Assembly: GCA_041178545.1 (NCBI GenBank)
Contig: JBEGVB010000009.1
Span: forward strand, 33,276-97,275
Length of the DNA: 64,000 nucleotides
DNA from: Planctomycetota bacterium
GTDB lineage: Bacteria > Planctomycetota > UBA1135 > UBA2386
Direction: 5' to 3'
Below are positions 62,015 to 64,000 of this stretch, piece by piece. Numbering within the stretch: position 1 is the stretch's first letter; the number at the start of each line of letters is the position of its first letter. The translations under genes and the position numbers were made by a program. Below the pieces are notes generated by a model. The model did no database searches. It was not told the origin of the DNA and saw only the letters and a program-made list of their open reading frames with translations.

Positions 62015-64000
62015 ATGTCCAGGATGCGCGCACTTGCCGCACTTCCCGTCCTTGCCCTCCTCGCAGCGTCTGCATTGGCGCCAGCGCTCGTGGCGCAGGT
62101 GCCCCGCGCCGCGATGGCGCCGCTCGAGAAGGCCGCCCAGGACCTCGTGCGCAGCGGCAGGGTTGCCGAGGCGCGCAGCGTCGTCACTGTGCTCGAGCAG
62201 CTGGGTGCCGACGACAAGCTGCTCGCCAAGGTGCGCGCCGCGGTGGGGCAGGCTGCTGCCAAGCCCCCCAAGGTCACCGGTGACGGGGCGCAGCAGGGTG
62301 CTGCGCTGCGCAAGGCGCTCGCAGGGGTCGTGGCGCACCTGGAGAAGAGTCCTCCCGCCGAGCGGCAGCAGACTGCGCGGGCGCTCCTCGTGCTCGACAG
62401 CGAGTTGCCTGCGGCCCATGCGGCGTTGGGGCGCGAGCGCGTCGACGGCCGGTGGGTGGACCCCGTCGAGCGGGCCTGTGCCGCGCGCAGGGCCGTGGTC
62501 CGCCAGCGTGCGGCCGCCGCGCTGGAGCAGGCCTTTGCCGTCGAGTCCCGGGTGGTCGAGCACCCGTTGTTCGTCGCCCTCGGGGTGCCCAGGGTCACCG
62601 AGCTGCAGTGCGGCCCGTTGCGCGTGGTGAGCGAGTGGCCCGAGGCAAAGGCACGTCGCGCGTTCCGCTGGGCGCTGCAGGGGTTCTCCTTGTCGCGCTG
62701 GCTGTGTGGCGACGACCCGGCGGCCCCGCCTCGCGGTGCGAGCTACCTGCACTTCGGCCAGCGCGTGCTCTACCTGCGTGCCGTCGACCACCTCGGCGCC
62801 ACCGGTGTGATCGACGCGGCCGAGGTCGCTGCCGTGCGTCCGCTGCAGGCCTTCAACGTGCCGGACGGCACGCGGTTGCTGCAGGACATGACCGAGGCGG
62901 CCTTCGCCACGGCCATGCTCCACGACGACGCGCACTACCGCGTGCGCCAGCCCTGGCTGCTGGCAGGCCACGTCGACTGGGTCGGCCGCCAGCTCTTCGG
63001 GTCGCCACTCGGTGTCTACACCTTCGCGGAGCAGGAGGGTGCCTCGCCCGGCACGGTTGCAGGTGGCATCGACGCGGAGCGCGAGGCCATGGAGCGTCTT
63101 GGCAAGGCCGGGCTCGCAGGTGCGCGGGCGTACCTGAGGTGGCTGTGCGAGCGCCGCGAGGACCCGTCGTGGACGCGCGCATTCGTCGAGCAGCTGGGCA
63201 TGATCCCAGCCGACTGCGTGGTGAAGTGCACCTTCGTGCACGAGTACCTGGTGGAGCGCGAGGTCTTCGCCAGGCTGCTCACGGCGCCGCGCGACCAGGT
63301 TGCGTTCCAGGGCGCGGTGGCGGATGCGCTGGGGGAGCCCTGGGATCGGTTCGAGGAGACGTGGCGCAGCTGGATGCTGGGCGGTGCCGCACCCGGTGTC
63401 GTGCAGCGACTCGGGGGCGCGCAGGTCGACTCCCTCACTGCGGACGAGTCGAAGGGCCTGGAGCACCTCAACCGCATCCGCGAGCGCGCGCTGTCGGTGC
63501 AGCGCTACCGTTCGCCGAAGCCGCCGCCTGTCGCGTTCGAGCGCTCGCTCGCCGACGCGGCGCGACTCCACGCGCGCTACCTGCAGCAGAACCGGGACCA
63601 ACTCGCGGCCTGGCCGGACGCGCACGAGGAGTACGTGGACCGGCCCGGCTTCTCGCCCGAGGGTTCCTTTGCCGGCCTGCACTCGGTGATCGCGGGTGCA
63701 AACGACTCGGTGGCGGCCATCGACGGCTGGATGGGGACCTTCTACCACCGCCTCCCGCTGGTCGACCCCGGCCTGCTGCGCACCGGTTTCGCGGTCGACG
63801 GCGGCATCGCAGTGCTCGACGCGGGCTCGATCTGCATGCCAACCAACACGCACGCACACATCTCGGTCTGGCCGCCGCCGGACGCGGGGGACGTGCCGCT
63901 GCGGTTCCACCCCGAACTGCCCAACCCGGTGCCTGGCGAGGACCAGGGCCAGTGGGGGTTCCCGGTCACCTTCCAGCACCACCTGCAGCCGCCGTACGAC
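62015..64000 (+). CDS. secreted protein with C-terminal CAP/SCP (YkwD-like) domain, 3' end outside window
   Basis: Not in the supplied ORF track, probably because it has no stop. I translated 662 codons by hand from ATG 62015 and found no stop before 64000. Signal peptide MSRMRALAALPVLALLAASALAPALVAQ. CAP-like LEHLNRIRERA...RLHARYLQQN...IDGWMGTFYHRLPLVDPGLLRTGFAV. Confidence 0.7.
   Translation, partial: MSRMRALAALPVLALLAASALAPALVAQVPRAAMAPLEKAAQDLVRSGRVAEARSVVTVLEQLGADDKLLAKVRAAVGQAAAKPPKVTGDGAQQGAALRKALAGVVAHLEKSPPAERQQTARALLVLDSELPAAHAALGRERVDGRWVDPVERACAARRAVVRQRAAAALEQAFAVESRVVEHPLFVALGVPRVTELQCGPLRVVSEWPEAKARRAFRWALQGFSLSRWLCGDDPAAPPRGASYLHFGQRVLYLRAVDHLGATGVIDAAEVAAVRPLQAFNVPDGTRLLQDMTEAAFATAMLHDDAHYRVRQPWLLAGHVDWVGRQLFGSPLGVYTFAEQEGASPGTVAGGIDAEREAMERLGKAGLAGARAYLRWLCERREDPSWTRAFVEQLGMIPADCVVKCTFVHEYLVEREVFARLLTAPRDQVAFQGAVADALGEPWDRFEETWRSWMLGGAAPGVVQRLGGAQVDSLTADESKGLEHLNRIRERALSVQRYRSPKPPPVAFERSLADAARLHARYLQQNRDQLAAWPDAHEEYVDRPGFSPEGSFAGLHSVIAGANDSVAAIDGWMGTFYHRLPLVDPGLLRTGFAVDGGIAVLDAGSICMPTNTHAHISVWPPPDAGDVPLRFHPELPNPVPGEDQGQWGFPVTFQHHLQPPYD

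Noticed and set aside
61178-63982. 934-aa ORF on the - strand
   Set aside because: Only the last 252 codons (RsmE) are credible. The remainder is antisense to an open + frame with a signal peptide and CAP domain.

Overview
High-GC (roughly 70%) bacterial chromosomal segment, densely coding. I support about 50 protein genes, many joined by 4-nt ATGA/GTGA start-stop overlaps. I saw no rRNA, tRNA or CRISPR array. The family content suggests a Planctomycetota/PVC-type genome (inference): DUF1501, DUF1549/DUF1553, PSCyt1 'planctomycete cytochrome c' domains, a PVC-type membrane-bound-dehydrogenase/CxxCH heme protein, PmoA/DUF6807 proteins and a TAT-signal Gfo/Idh/MocA oxidoreductase. Recognisable genes are rlmH, glnN (GS type III), pstS-phoU-pstC-pstA-pstB-pstB, xylA-fumA(class I)-xylB, glycerate 2-kinase plus 2-hydroxyacid dehydrogenase, slyD, kynA (TDO), lutABC and rsmE. 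The six-frame track contains many very long antisense or out-of-frame shadow ORFs typical of high-GC DNA. I re-set many starts to internal ATG/GTG codons that give signal peptides or operon overlaps. Best candidates for something new: (1) the pst operon (13062-18475) has two PstB ATPases whose motif losses are complementary, predicting one consensus and one degenerate ATP site. It also has a PhoU fused to a catalytically dead LMW-phosphatase/ArsC-like domain and Pho-box-like 11-bp-phased repeats. (2) A rearranged Ser/Thr-kinase/FGE-like locus (20850-26136) holds a kinase-N-terminus::CPBP-protease chimera, an IS91-like transposase remnant and a 61-nt block identical between paralogs. (3) A translationally coupled catabolic operon (35459-41800) combines an OYE-like flavoenzyme, an Nramp-fold transporter lacking the DPGN metal site, DUF993, hydroxypyruvate reductase and glycerate kinase. 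(4) DUF1549/1553-DUF1501 is followed by two stand-alone PSCyt1 genes, and a PSCyt1-LRR-YHS fusion lies elsewhere. (5) A TDO gene is co-oriented with two giant CarboxypepD_reg-repeat paralogs. (6) A structured, terminator-ended candidate RNA lies at about 1588-1801. All functional calls come from reading motifs by eye, and no database search was run.
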